From assembly GCA_008632985.1 (NCBI GenBank), contig QPGO01000028.1, positions 429,598-493,597 of the forward strand: 64,000 nucleotides of DNA, written 5' to 3'. Numbering within the stretch: the first letter of the stretch is position 1; each line of letters opens with the position of its first letter. A program made the position numbers and the translations under genes. Shown piece by piece: positions 12,921 through 24,006 of this stretch. The DNA comes from Psammoneis japonica. Taxonomy: Eukaryota. The notes beneath the pieces are model-generated. The model was given only the letters and a program-made list of their open reading frames with translations, made no database searches and was not told where the DNA came from.

Positions 12921-14316
12921 TGCAAAATGAACCCCTCCGATCCCTTCCTTTGGACTTCACCCTTTCAAGATTCCCTTCTCACCATCACTCACCACTTTCT
13001 TTGCTGTGCTGCCTCCCACACTGCTCCTTTTCCTGATCACTCTTTGGCCACAGCCTTTCTCCTGGCATTGCTTGGCAGCCTTGGCCTTCGAGACCCAACA
13101 GCCACTGCCATCCCATCGCTTGTGGTGTCCTTGCTCCGCTCATTTTGCTTCGCATCTCACGGCATCAAGCTGCCGTCAGGTGCCACAGTTGCTCTTCCAT
13201 GCTGCTTTTGGCTTTCTCTCTCCTCTTGGCACAACCCCTGTTCTGTCCTGTGGCTCCACTCCATTTTCCGTTGCTGTGCTCCAATTCTCAACTCTGCCTC
13301 TGCCCTTTCTCCCGCCTCCCTGGCCACACTTGTCAAGTCTGCTGCTCTTCCTGGCTTGGCCCACCATCGGCTGCACCATGATCATCAGCAACAGCTCGTT
13401 GCCTCCATTCTTGCTGACACTTCCTCTAAAGCACAAGTCTCCCTGCCTTTGCTGCTGTCTCCGCTTGCCTGTCTGCCTCTCCACTCCTTCTCCCGCCACT
13501 CTCAAAGCTCCCGGCGCCTCTCTTCCGATGTCTGCATCATTGCCATCCAATGCAAACTTCACCTTCCCATCCTTCCCCACCCTCCCTTGTTGACACACCC
13601 TGTTCTTGTGGTCACACCATCCTGGATGCTTGTGGCAACCACGCCTTCTCTTGCCGTGGTGCACACAAATCAAAGCTCTCCAATGGTCTTCGCGACACCC
13701 TCTTCATCCCAGCCCAAACTTTAGCCCCTCTTGCTCAACTCTGCCGCTCCTCTGCGGACGTCCACCTTGAACCCCTTCATTTGCTCCCCTCTCGGCCCCT
13801 CCTTTGCCCTGCTGATGTTGGCACATCTGTCCCTCCTCCCGCCTTGCTCTCGGCCCCTTCCCGCCATCACTGCATCACGATCGACACGTCAACGCACCCC
13901 AAGCTCCTTCTCCCCCCCCCCCCCCTGAATTAACTGAGGCACACCATGCAAGCACGAGACTGAAGTTTCTTGGCCCTTCCACCTCCTCTGCTGATGGCTC
14001 CCTTGTTGTTTCTTTGCTCAACAAATGACGGAGTCTTCCTTCTCCCTTTCGCCGTTGATCACCTCTTGGTGGTCTTGGCTTCTTCGCTCATCGCCTCCTC
14101 TTTGGCTCTACATTCACATCCGTCCGGTCTCAACCCAAGCCCCCTTGGTCCTCTCCCTCTGACTTTCGGCACTCTGATCCTTCCCACTCCGCCTTTCTCT
14201 ATCTACGCCTTGTCCTCTCCATCTGCTCTCCTTCCATCGGCTGATTCTGCATGGCGTCACCTGTCCTCCGACCGCTTCAGCAGCACCTTCCGCACGCTGT
14301 GCCTCTCCATCCGAAT
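12920..14316 (+). mobile_element. CRE/R2-like non-LTR retrotransposon 3' fragment (CCHC knuckle and restriction-like endonuclease), left part
   Basis: C/T-rich coding strand. CSCGHTILDACGNHAFSC (CCHC), then EP..LLPSRPLLCPADV (RPAD), ITIDTS and FLLPFAVDH, which are RLE-domain motifs. Confidence 0.7.
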
Positions 14317-17300
14317 GGACTTTGTGCCTTTCAAAATCTTGGTTGCTTTTGCGCGCAGCACACAAACGCAGCGGAACTGAAAAAAATTCTCTGCCGAAGA
14401 CTCACTCCGACATGACAGAGTGAACAGCAACAGGCACCGGCAATCCATGCGGACCATCCGAAGCTCACTGTCGCTACATGGTCTTTATAAGATGGGTGTG
14501 CAACTAGGCTCTAAGCTCCTGCATGCGCTGGGAGGCCTGACGTTTTCGCAAATTGTCTCGTTGTGCTGTAAGAGGGCGGAAGATGCATGCTGCGTGGGTT
14601 CGCCGGCTGTTGCTGCGGACATGTCGTGGCTTTGTCACAAACTCCGCAAAACCACCATTGCCAATACAAGAACTTACACATCAGAATTTGCATTGAAGTT
14701 TGTTGGTGAAGGTTTCGTCTTCTACACGGCGTTTGATCCAGATTGTCGCCATCATGCGAAAAAGGCCTCCATGCGGCGTGAATTCGATCGTCAGCATGGT
14801 GTGGCCGACTGCATCGGTGCGAAGACTAAACTGCTTCAGATCTCTCGCATTCTTCGTGAAGAAACATGTCAAAATGAAGGGGAGAAGCACATCTTGAAGA
14901 GTCAGCTTGAAGATTTGGAAAAAAGGGTCAAGAAAGCAGAAAAGGCCAGTGCAGAAGCTCAGCGGCACCCAGAAATTATTGACAGTGCGCGAAGAGCCAT
15001 GGAGGATCTGGCAGTGTTACACCCTGGAAAGGTTGTGATTGTCACAGGGAAGTTTCATGCTGACAGTTGTGTTCAACATCTGTTGACAGCCAAGACCACA
15101 GATCTGGCTGTTGGGAATGACACCGACTTCTCAATCATTTCTGGAGAGGCATGTTTGCAACTGTCAAGCTTTGGCATTGCTGTCAAACAAAACAGACGCC
15201 GCAATGAAGCAGAAATTAAAGAAGGAACAGTTGCAACTGGGTCGAGTCACACAATCCAAAACGTCCGTGGGCATCTTGGCAACACCGTTGGGAATTACAG
15301 GGCCACGGACCTCCCTTCACTTGATGGCACCACTGATCTCCGAACTCGTTGTTTGATTGCGGCATTGTTTGGAAACGACACTTTCCCAAAAGAACCAAAG
15401 AGTCTGACATTCTTTAAAAACATGGGGCCGGCTGCAGTGCGTGACATGATCCATCGCATTGGTCGAGACGCTGATGGCAATGTTCCTTTTGAGGAACTGC
15501 TGTCGGAAGCCTTGGATGCGGCAACCTGTAAGAAAGATGCTTTGAATGCAGCGGCACAGAAAGAAGGTGCATCAGATGCTGCAGTGCTCAAACAGCAGCA
15601 GCACGCAAGACTGGTCGAACTGACACGACCAGTCTTGAAAGCTCTTGTGGAAGCGATGGCACATGAACCAGCGACAGTCGCTCAGTCTGGAGAAATGCTG
15701 CACTCTGTTTGTCCACCAATCGGGCCAGCAGATCACTGCATTGAAGACTTTGTCAGTGGAGATGACATTGGACCAGTCACACGTGAATGTGAGCTTGGAA
15801 CTTGTCCTGGCCCCTGTCCCTCTCACGGCCACATTTACATGACGGGAGAGGGCAACCGAGAGTGTGGAAAATGCGGAAAGACGTTTTGCCCAATGTGCGC
15901 AGTTACAAACGAAGACGAATCTGGAAGCACCGACGTGGTGTGCATCCCTTGTCTTGGAGCCACAACAGATTCTGTAGATCCTGCATCCAAGTTGTCAGAG
16001 AATGTGTTGCGGGAGGCGCCAAGCGACAAAATTGAAGTGCCGGCTGACACGCCGATGGCGGATCTCCAGGAACTGTGCGTCAGCATTGTGGAGGGCGACT
16101 CAATGGACTCTTTGGATTCAAAAATGTTGGAGCAAGTGCGGCATCCATTGCACCACCCAAGAGCACTAGATTCGAATGAGAAAGTGTTGGATTTTGTGGC
16201 TGATTTTGACTTTCGAGATGGCGCTCACTTTCTTCGTGATTGTGATCTCACCTGCATGCAGCGTTGTGGTGTCATGAACCTGTTGGCAGACCTTGTCACA
16301 TTTGGGAAGAACGAAAGCTTGCCAAAGCATGCAGAGGTGCTGCCATCGCTTGTCTCAAAATTCGCAAGCGAAGCAAGAGTCGACAGTGGAGAGCGTTTGA
16401 TGAAGCGCTGCATGCGGCACGCTCTCGACCCGAAATCGCCATCAATGCTCCATGCACATGGTGGCACAATAGAGCACAATGGAGAAATGGGCCTCACAAC
16501 ACATGACAAAATGTCACCATCATTCAAGGATGGCATGCATGCCGCATCATCGGCGTTTGCTGCACCCGATTTGTTGGCCAACAGATGCAAGTGTAAAGCT
16601 GGAGCGGAAAATCAGTCAGTGGTGGCAGAGGTTGGCGGGACCAGCACCGACGATGCGGGAAAGCACGTGTGCGTACACTGCCTTCCGGTGCCGCACAAGG
16701 TCACAATTCTTTTGATGGACGGTCTGGCAGAACACGCTCTTGTTGAGTTCTCGTCGTGTTTTGGCTGTCACGAGGAAAACAGCCTAGATGTTTCAGATGA
16801 AGAAAAATTGAGAATGTCTGTTCTAACGCTGATGGATGCCGCCAGTTTTAAGAGTGCCGATTCTCTCCAATCGAAGTCGCCACATGAGCTGCTGCAAGCA
16901 TTCGCGGTTGGCACAGAGAGGGGCAAGAACAAGCTGCCCGACCCACCTGACCCTGAAAAGTTGGGGCCAGTGCGGAACTTCAAAAGAGTTTCACCAGAGG
17001 AAAAGGCAAAAATGGCATTGAAGATGAAAGAAGAAAAGACGGCAGCATCAACCACGAATGTGGCAAATGAATCGGACACCTTGCCCGAACCAGATTGTCC
17101 AACAATGTCGCAGCTGTGCCGCACCTTCGCCAAAGTTCTCGCTGACAACAAAAGCTTGGATGAGACAATGATTGTCGGGCATCATTTGCTTGACCTGCAT
17201 GCAAAGAAAGTTGGTGCAACTGATGCTGCTGTTTCTTTGGTGGATGCTGGGCTAAGGCCGAGGGTCAAACAACTGTTCCAAGCAGCAAGAACCCGTGTGG

Positions 17301-19240
17301 ATCCACGAACAAAAGCAGCAGAGGCAAAAAGGAAACTCGCAGCAGAACATTCGGAGGAATCAGAGTTGCAACTGGAGGCACAACCAAATGATGCAACGGA
17401 ATCATCAAATAAAACAAAGCGTCGGGTGTCGAAACGCCCGGCATCAAAAAGCACCCGTCGCTGCTGCTGCCAAAACTGCAACAACAACATTGCCACTGGT
17501 TCCAAGATTGTGCCGCCTGTTCCCACCAAACCACCGGTGGGAGCCAGTCGCAATAGATGGATGACGTGCTTCAAGAAATGGTTTGATCGACGTGAATTTC
17601 TGCGACGAATCGGCACAGATGAAAACGACTCACGCAAAGATCTCAGGATCTGCCTCTGCCACCCAGTAGAAACAACCACAAAATCTTTCGCCGTGACGAC
17701 ACCAGCATTGATGCCAGTTTCGTCACCACAAGGCAGAGAAGACGAGTCGGACCATGAAAATGGCGAGTTAGAAAAAGGAGACGGTGCAGATGGGGAGAAA
17801 AAACCGACAGCATTTTCCAAACGCGCTGCATTTAAAGGCCTGTCTGTTCCTTTGGGCGCCAAAAGCAACCAATCCGAGGCATCCCCTGCCACAACTTCTA
17901 AAGGGGCAGGAGAAGTGCAACAAATGGTGCGCTTTGCTACTTTGGATCATAAAGTTGGAGAAGAGGCTGTGCGAAATGAGTGTCTTGCTGTGCAGCAACG
18001 CACGGAAATTGAGCCGGGTGAACAAACCAAAATGACAGAAGAGGTCCATCCATGTCTCCAGCAGTCTGCAGGACTAGACCAGCACATCAAGTCGCCACCA
18101 AAGAAGAAGAGAGCCACCGAAATGACCAAACCTTCAAAGGGCAAACCGTCGACTGCCACTGTTCCGCCTGCAGTTGATCCTCATTCTATTTCGACTGCTG
18201 ACGTTCAAACTCGCTGTGGGTTTGGATCCTTGTTGTTGCTGCTTTGTTTCATTGCGGTTGTTTGCAATGGTGACATTTCTGCAATGATGAAAACAACAAC
18301 AAGATTGAGTTGGTTTGAAGAATGGTTTTTTTTCTTTGAATTGCTTTGGGGGCGGTCTCTGCATCGCTGGGTAGATGCAGAGCGTACGTGCAAAATACAC
18401 CACAAATGTCTTCAGAGAACATTCGAACAAAAGCTTGCTCTTGTTAAGTCGGCAGCAAATCGGTGGCCGCGACACGTTTGTCACGAGGAGGACGTGTCCC
18501 TGCACTCTGAGAAATGGAAGGAACGGTACAGAAACAAGCGTGTTGTAATGTGGGACAATGCAAATGTTGATCTGATGGGGAAGCCTGCAGACGCAGATTT
18601 GCAGCGACTCACGTGCTCACTTTGTTGCGGCGGGAACGTTGTCAAAGGCGGCATCTTTCTGCAACTTTGTGGGTGGCTTGGCGGCTGGGAGCTTTGGCTG
18701 GGAGCGATGTCAGACTCAGACTATTTAGAGAAAAGTGGGCTGATGCAGTGCCAAGAACAATTTCAAAAGATGGACCCAACCTCCACGCTTTCTTTCACAA
18801 ACATCTTGGACAAGGGACACCGGTGTGTTTTGGCCGCATGGCGAGCAGGGGGGCAGCTGCTACTTCAGCCATTCTTTGCTAAAAGTGATCGAAAGTTTAC
18901 CAGCCGCGAGGTCCTTTTATCAGGTGCAGACAGGTCGGGGAATGAGCGAGCGGTCAAGCGGATGAAAATGAGCAACTTGATTGCTGGCGGCATTCATCAA
19001 AAACAAGATCTGAACAATTTTGCTGATGTCTGGATTGCCTGGGGTTTCCAATGCAATTTCATGTATGAGCCAGTGCTTTAAAATAACTGCAGTATTTTTA
19101 CTTTACCTTGTAGAAGCTAGATGTTTTGTTTCGTCTTGTTGTTCTAGACTCTACTGTGTCGTTTCTGTTGTTTCGTGCGGGGCATGCTGACAGCCAAGTA
19201 ACCCGGAAAGCAACCGAGAAATTCGAAAGGCACAAAGTCC
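14317..19240 (+). mobile_element. ISL2EU/PIF-Harbinger-type DNA transposon, 4924 bp, ~33-bp TIRs, AT target-site duplication
   Basis: Left end GGACTTTGTGCCTTTCAAAATCTTGGTTGCTTT starts at 14317. The right end reverse-complements to GGACTTTGTGCCTTTCGAATTTCTCGGTTGCTTT and ends at 19240. AT flanks both ends (14315-16, 19241-42). Confidence 0.92.
14492..19081 (+). CDS. Multidomain transposase: FEN1/XPG-like nuclease, Cys-rich Zn finger, SWIM, THAP-like region and Harbinger/ISL2EU DDE domain (open frame but hypermutated)
   Basis: N-terminal MGV, AFDPD..HHAKKAS, FHADS, GNDTDF, LFGNDTF, NMGPAAV (XPG N/I and H3TH). CxxC clusters, then CKCKAG..CVH (SWIM). C-terminal MWDNANV..QRLTCSLCCGGNVVKG..GAMSDSDYL..DKGHR..RSGNERAV (DDE_Tnp_4-like). 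Confidence 0.85.
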   Translation: MGVQLGSKLLHALGGLTFSQIVSLCCKRAEDACCVGSPAVAADMSWLCHKLRKTTIANTRTYTSEFALKFVGEGFVFYTAFDPDCRHHAKKASMRREFDRQHGVADCIGAKTKLLQISRILREETCQNEGEKHILKSQLEDLEKRVKKAEKASAEAQRHPEIIDSARRAMEDLAVLHPGKVVIVTGKFHADSCVQHLLTAKTTDLAVGNDTDFSIISGEACLQLSSFGIAVKQNRRRNEAEIKEGTVATGSSHTIQNVRGHLGNTVGNYRATDLPSLDGTTDLRTRCLIAALFGNDTFPKEPKSLTFFKNMGPAAVRDMIHRIGRDADGNVPFEELLSEALDAATCKKDALNAAAQKEGASDAAVLKQQQHARLVELTRPVLKALVEAMAHEPATVAQSGEMLHSVCPPIGPADHCIEDFVSGDDIGPVTRECELGTCPGPCPSHGHIYMTGEGNRECGKCGKTFCPMCAVTNEDESGSTDVVCIPCLGATTDSVDPASKLSENVLREAPSDKIEVPADTPMADLQELCVSIVEGDSMDSLDSKMLEQVRHPLHHPRALDSNEKVLDFVADFDFRDGAHFLRDCDLTCMQRCGVMNLLADLVTFGKNESLPKHAEVLPSLVSKFASEARVDSGERLMKRCMRHALDPKSPSMLHAHGGTIEHNGEMGLTTHDKMSPSFKDGMHAASSAFAAPDLLANRCKCKAGAENQSVVAEVGGTSTDDAGKHVCVHCLPVPHKVTILLMDGLAEHALVEFSSCFGCHEENSLDVSDEEKLRMSVLTLMDAASFKSADSLQSKSPHELLQAFAVGTERGKNKLPDPPDPEKLGPVRNFKRVSPEEKAKMALKMKEEKTAASTTNVANESDTLPEPDCPTMSQLCRTFAKVLADNKSLDETMIVGHHLLDLHAKKVGATDAAVSLVDAGLRPRVKQLFQAARTRVDPRTKAAEAKRKLAAEHSEESELQLEAQPNDATESSNKTKRRVSKRPASKSTRRCCCQNCNNNIATGSKIVPPVPTKPPVGASRNRWMTCFKKWFDRREFLRRIGTDENDSRKDLRICLCHPVETTTKSFAVTTPALMPVSSPQGREDESDHENGELEKGDGADGEKKPTAFSKRAAFKGLSVPLGAKSNQSEASPATTSKGAGEVQQMVRFATLDHKVGEEAVRNECLAVQQRTEIEPGEQTKMTEEVHPCLQQSAGLDQHIKSPPKKKRATEMTKPSKGKPSTATVPPAVDPHSISTADVQTRCGFGSLLLLLCFIAVVCNGDISAMMKTTTRLSWFEEWFFFFELLWGRSLHRWVDAERTCKIHHKCLQRTFEQKLALVKSAANRWPRHVCHEEDVSLHSEKWKERYRNKRVVMWDNANVDLMGKPADADLQRLTCSLCCGGNVVKGGIFLQLCGWLGGWELWLGAMSDSDYLEKSGLMQCQEQFQKMDPTSTLSFTNILDKGHRCVLAAWRAGGQLLLQPFFAKSDRKFTSREVLLSGADRSGNERAVKRMKMSNLIAGGIHQKQDLNNFADVWIAWGFQCNFMYEPVL

Positions 19241-19242
19241 AT

Positions 19243-19460
19243 GGGCTCTCCATCTCCAGGCTCAGCTACCGGTACAATGTGGTCCTCCATCTTTCTACCG
19301 GTATGCATGCCCTCCGATTTACCTCTACTCTTCCCGCTCCTGCGTACCCTGTCCCTTCGACTAAGCGCCTTACGTCCACTGTATTCACTCGTTCTATTCC
19401 ACCGTCACTACAGCTACTACCGTGCCTCCTTCTGCTGTTCCCTTCCATTCTTTATAGGCT
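19243..19460 (+). mobile_element. Right-hand continuation of the CRE-like element after the transposon insertion
   Basis: Removing 14317-19242 joins GCCTCTCCATCCGAAT|GGGCTCTCCATCTCCAG (ASPSEWALHLQ). The same pyrimidine-rich composition continues. Confidence 0.6.
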
Positions 19461-19470
19461 CTTCATAACT

Positions 19471-21117
19471 ATGTACTTAAAAACAACAAACAACAGCACA
19501 GCAGACAGGAGTAGTCTACGACCAACAAAGAGAATGTCTTCTGCCAGAAGCAATCAGCCGCCGCCATCCCGGACCACAAAGAAGGCCAAGAAGGAAGAGG
19601 ATGCGAATACTGGTAATCTGGGTGATGACATCGTTGCGTCCGATGAAGGCATAACTTCCAAGTTGCAAAAGTTGAAACAACAAATTGATGCGAAAGAAAA
19701 GCAGGTTGCGGCAACAAGGCAGAAAGCATATCAGGCCAAGAAATCGGGGGAGGACAAACAAGAGCTTGCGGCTTTGCGAGAATTAGAAAACTTCCAAACC
19801 GAAGAAAACACCTTCCAAAAAGAATTTCAAACCTTACTAGGAGATTTTCGTGATGGACGTTATTTTGCTGCGACATCCGACTATTGGAAAGTGAATTCGG
19901 TCAATGTTGGCGGACACGCAATCTACAGCAAAATTACGTGGCAGGACTTCCATCGAAGCGCGACGGTGGCTGATTCTATCAACGCTCGCCATTACGCATC
20001 GGGACGTTACGAGGTCACGATACCGTATAAGGACACAAGGGAGGGTGCCGAAGACGACAGTAAACCCGCTGCTCAGTCGGGTACAGCCAGAACGAGCTCC
20101 AGTCAACAAAAGAAAAAAGAGACACGCGACAATGTGTGGCCTGCCGACATTTTTGGCAATCCAGTGGACCAGCAGAACATTGTTCACCTTTTACCAGCTG
20201 GGCGAAACGATCACAAGGAATGGGTCTTCGTCGCGGCGGCTGTTGTAGGATGGGAGGTAGGGTCATCGACTAATCCAATTGAACAGCTGAAAAAAGTGAC
20301 ACGTGGGTTTCGCCAGAATGCTGCAAGCTCATCAAAAGTGCCAGGCACGGGAGTTGTTGATTTTGTTCCGAATAAACTAATGATGTATCAAACGGAAATC
20401 TGGGATGCCGACAAGTGCAATGCGTTGTTGATCCCCATCATGAAGCTTGAAGACGCCCGGGCTTGGGTTGGACAGTCCTATCGAGCTCTGTTCATCGTTG
20501 GAAAGGCTTTTAATGGTTCTACTGATCCAGAGAGGAGCTCTGACGAAGTCCGAAAAGACTACTGACATGTTAATTTGAACACACGTGAAATCATGGACCG
20601 CGATTGCGTCAAAGATGCTTCGGAGCTGCAGATCGAGAGGGCCAGGGAAACGCTTATTCAAGCTGTACTAGCTATCAGACATATGATCGCTCATTTGTCC
20701 GATGCTGAAATTGATATGCTTGGCCTCCCTCATGAAGGCAGAACTCTTAAGGACGCGAAGGGATTTGCGAAAAGTCCAGATTGTCTTCTGCCTGGGAAAG
20801 TTGACAGCATTTCTACGCGGTCGAATCCTCGTCCCGTATGCGTCGTAGAGTTTGCTAGCAACAGCGGCGACAACGGCAGACACCCATCTCCCGATCCTTT
20901 GATTCTAGCATATAAGGCGGCCGCTGTGTGGGCGAAGATGACGGGAAAACGGTTGCTCGCTAACGGGACTCCCCCAGACCTGTACCCCGATATGACGGAG
21001 GAAGACCATGTTGCGGAACTGGCGTATTGTGAGGCAATTTATCCCTCGCAAAAGATGCCAGAAACGGTGCAAGAGTTGGCTGTGGGTTTGGGTCAGCCCA
21101 ACGGGTATGAAAGCTAA
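19471..21117 (+). pseudogene. Coiled-coil plus possible HNH-like nuclease family protein, interrupted by one in-frame TGA (20563-20565)
   Basis: ORFs 19126-20565 and 20575-21117 share a frame and are separated by TAC TGA CAT. Motifs WPADIFGN..IVHLLP..EW and HPSPDPLILAYKAA. Family assignment is tentative. Confidence 0.55.
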
Positions 21118-21535
21118 TATTGGGATGGAAGACACAGTTCATGTTTTCCGAATCAGAATTCCGCATTTGATGGGGAAGGATTTGTAGTCGCACTTTATTT
21201 TATGTATAACCTTGGTTCCAGGTGGACTGATCCACACCAGACCGGGCTGGTCAGGAGCCATGGACTGGTTAACACTAAGAACCCTTCTAAATGCACGTGA
21301 TGGAATTCACGTTTGCGAACCGGCAACCCAAGCCATTCTCTTTGGCATTCTTAGGGTCTCAATTTCGACTCTGCCGGAATCCTGTAGCGTCCCTGGGCAC
21401 ATGGGGCTGGAGTAAACTCCACATTTGACCTACATGTACATGTGATTATAAAGGAGTTGAAAGATGCCGACAGCATGATTTTCGACCTCGCTTTAAAAGT
21501 AATTAGAGTCGTATTTCACAACAATATGGATATTC

Positions 21536-22468
21536 CTAAAATTCTAGAGGGTGAATAATCGATTCGTTCTCTCCTTTGAAATCATGCCGTTCACCAGGAT
21601 CTACTCTCCAAGCAGCTCCTCCTTTCGGATCCTGAATATACTTTTTGTTGCCATTGGAAAACTCCGGAACAAAAGAGCTCTGTATTCCCAACTGCTTGTA
21701 CAGCCCAAAGAGAACCGGCGTTTGTAAGGACATGAGTGTTTCATATGAGACGAGTGCGATTTCAGAAGGAGAGAGCCGAGCGAACGCCTCCACAAACAAT
21801 TCCTTTGCAATCAGATCTTCCTTGAGAGCCAAATCTTCATCATTTTGGTGAATGTGTATCTTGTTTTGAAAGTGAGCATAATCATCTCTTACAATAATAA
21901 CAGCTGTGGCATCTACTCCTCGGTTCTTATACCACAAAATATGGGACGTAACGTTCAGCAGCAAACGTTGAGGCATGCGGACTCTGTCAACGAGACCGGT
22001 TTCGTTTGCACAGTAGGGACTTGGTGGTCCCATGTCTTCAGCATGGGGCCATTTGGTACACTCTATAGGAGGTATGAAATCCGTAATGTTGGGTAAGCTC
22101 TTTTGCGAACTTCTCCAAAACCCAAACGGCTGGGACACGTGAAGAACCACCGTAGAGTTGTTGCTATGAAGGAATCCTGGAATAATATCGCTTGGTGCCG
22201 CTCCAACAGCTTGTGCCAAAGTGTTGGCTAGAAACCTCGTTCCTGACGATTCCAAACCCAGGACCGTAATCAGACGCTTTGGTAGCACGTGAAAATCACG
22301 GTCAACAGAGTCATGCGACGAAGAAGTGCCATGCTCCGTTTGGGCTAAATCTCTGCCGAAAGGAATAGGCAACTCACTGAAATAACCATACAGGTTCAAA
22401 CTTGTGAATAGAAGTAGGGTAGAAATGACTACGCAAGCTCGTGCAGTTCTTGAAACCGCCATCGTCAC
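21536..22468 (-). CDS. Membrane-anchored sulfotransferase-like P-loop protein
   Basis: N-terminal TM segment, ITVLGLESSGTRFL (PAPS-binding-like loop), AVIIVRD and LVSYETL. The start is probably the ATG at 22462. Confidence 0.65.
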   Translation of the reverse strand: MTMAVSRTARACVVISTLLLFTSLNLYGYFSELPIPFGRDLAQTEHGTSSSHDSVDRDFHVLPKRLITVLGLESSGTRFLANTLAQAVGAAPSDIIPGFLHSNNSTVVLHVSQPFGFWRSSQKSLPNITDFIPPIECTKWPHAEDMGPPSPYCANETGLVDRVRMPQRLLLNVTSHILWYKNRGVDATAVIIVRDDYAHFQNKIHIHQNDEDLALKEDLIAKELFVEAFARLSPSEIALVSYETLMSLQTPVLFGLYKQLGIQSSFVPEFSNGNKKYIQDPKGGAAWRVDPGERHDFKGENESIIHPLEF

Positions 22469-22769
22469 GACAGTGTTCGGGAGCCCTGGAGAATTAGAAT
22501 GGTGTGACCGTTAAAAGTTCAAATTCGAAAATTATAACGGCTAGTAGTAGAGCTCTACCGGTATGTATGTACTACGGTCTGGTTTCGTACCGGTTCTTAG
22601 CCCTACATGCCGGTACTTCATACGGTACAGTACCTCATGCCGGCACAGTGGTTGACGGACGGCGGGGCGGAAATAAAAACTCGACTCAAGACTCAAAACA
22701 CTGCAGGTACAGTGGGGCCCTAGACATGCACCAGACGATGACAGTGACGTCACCTCGATGTTAGCTAAA

Positions 22770-23340
22770 GCAAGTCGCTCTCTGCTGAGAGTGATCCACT
22801 GTCTCCACGTGGGAATGACCCACTCCTCATCACCAACGAGGAAGCGCTCACAACTCGCTTTGGTCAACAGAGACGAGAAAAAAAAACAGGATGTTGGTTG
22901 ATGGTTCAGTGCAAAAAGGCCGCAGAGTTTTGCGTGGAGCTGGTCTTTTCCTGGCGTGGCAGAAGAAAAAAATTGGCCATGACAACATGCTGTCGGCAAT
23001 TTCATCACAACGCAAACATGGGGCCGTCAAGCACTGACACCTGAAATGTGTGACGCAATGCCAACTTGATGAGATTCCCATGGTCGGCACTCAACAGCAC
23101 CACTTGCACTGCAGTGCATTTTGACCATCATTGTCGTTGTGCTTTGCCGTGGTGAAACTCCCAAAATCGGCACCCAAAACAGAAAGGAACCCGGCAAAGA
23201 CTGGAAAAAACCCGGAAGCACATTTGTGAAAATCAAGTCATTTGCTGAAAATGTGAAAGTTTCTAAATTAATGCAAATGTTCATTTTCTGCCATTCTGCC
23301 CAGCAGCACATCTGAGCCTGTGGTCACCACTGCCTGGTGC
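22770..23340. repeat. Small intergenic TpA-free island, probable repeat/MITE remnant
   Basis: No TA dinucleotide seen from ~22770 to ~23262, flanked by TA-rich intergenic DNA. Confidence 0.5.
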
Positions 23341-24006
23341 ATGTGGAAAATAACTAACACTGAGTCGTTGATCTTAAGATGAATTGGCAACGACGAGAAG
23401 ATATCAGGCAGTGACAATGACAAGAACGGAGTGACTGACGAAATCGATGCCACGGCTGTAGCACCGCACTAAAGTGTATTTTTCCGCGAACTTTTTCTGG
23501 TGATTCCATTGATCCTTTGGCACACTTTGGTGCAGTAACAAAAACACTTTTTATAGTTCAAAGCCTCTGAGAAGGCAATCTACAACTTCATGAAGCCTTT
23601 CGAAAGACTCATGCCACCAATCAAGCCAAGCCGAGAATTGAGGATATCATCCATCATGATCCGCTGCCATGTCGATGCAAAACTGTCAAACGGAATAGCA
23701 TGTATCATTAGGATCAACAAAACAACGGTGAGTCGAAAATTTGCAAAGTTTTCATTACATTTCGCTGTTTTGCAATATGATAATGACAAGAGGCCTGCAA
23801 CTATCGCCTTGTCGGCGACAATTCACTCCTCTCTTGGGTAATTCTTCCCCCGGCATAACGTTTGCCAATGTCATTTTGCGAATCTTGGTAATGGTAGATA
23901 TCGCTTGGTAACATTGTGGACCAGGGGGTCGCAGCGTCGACTTTTGATACGTTACAGCTGTACTACCTTCCAGAATTGTCGTACCTTTTGTGGCGGATCA
24001 CCCAGC

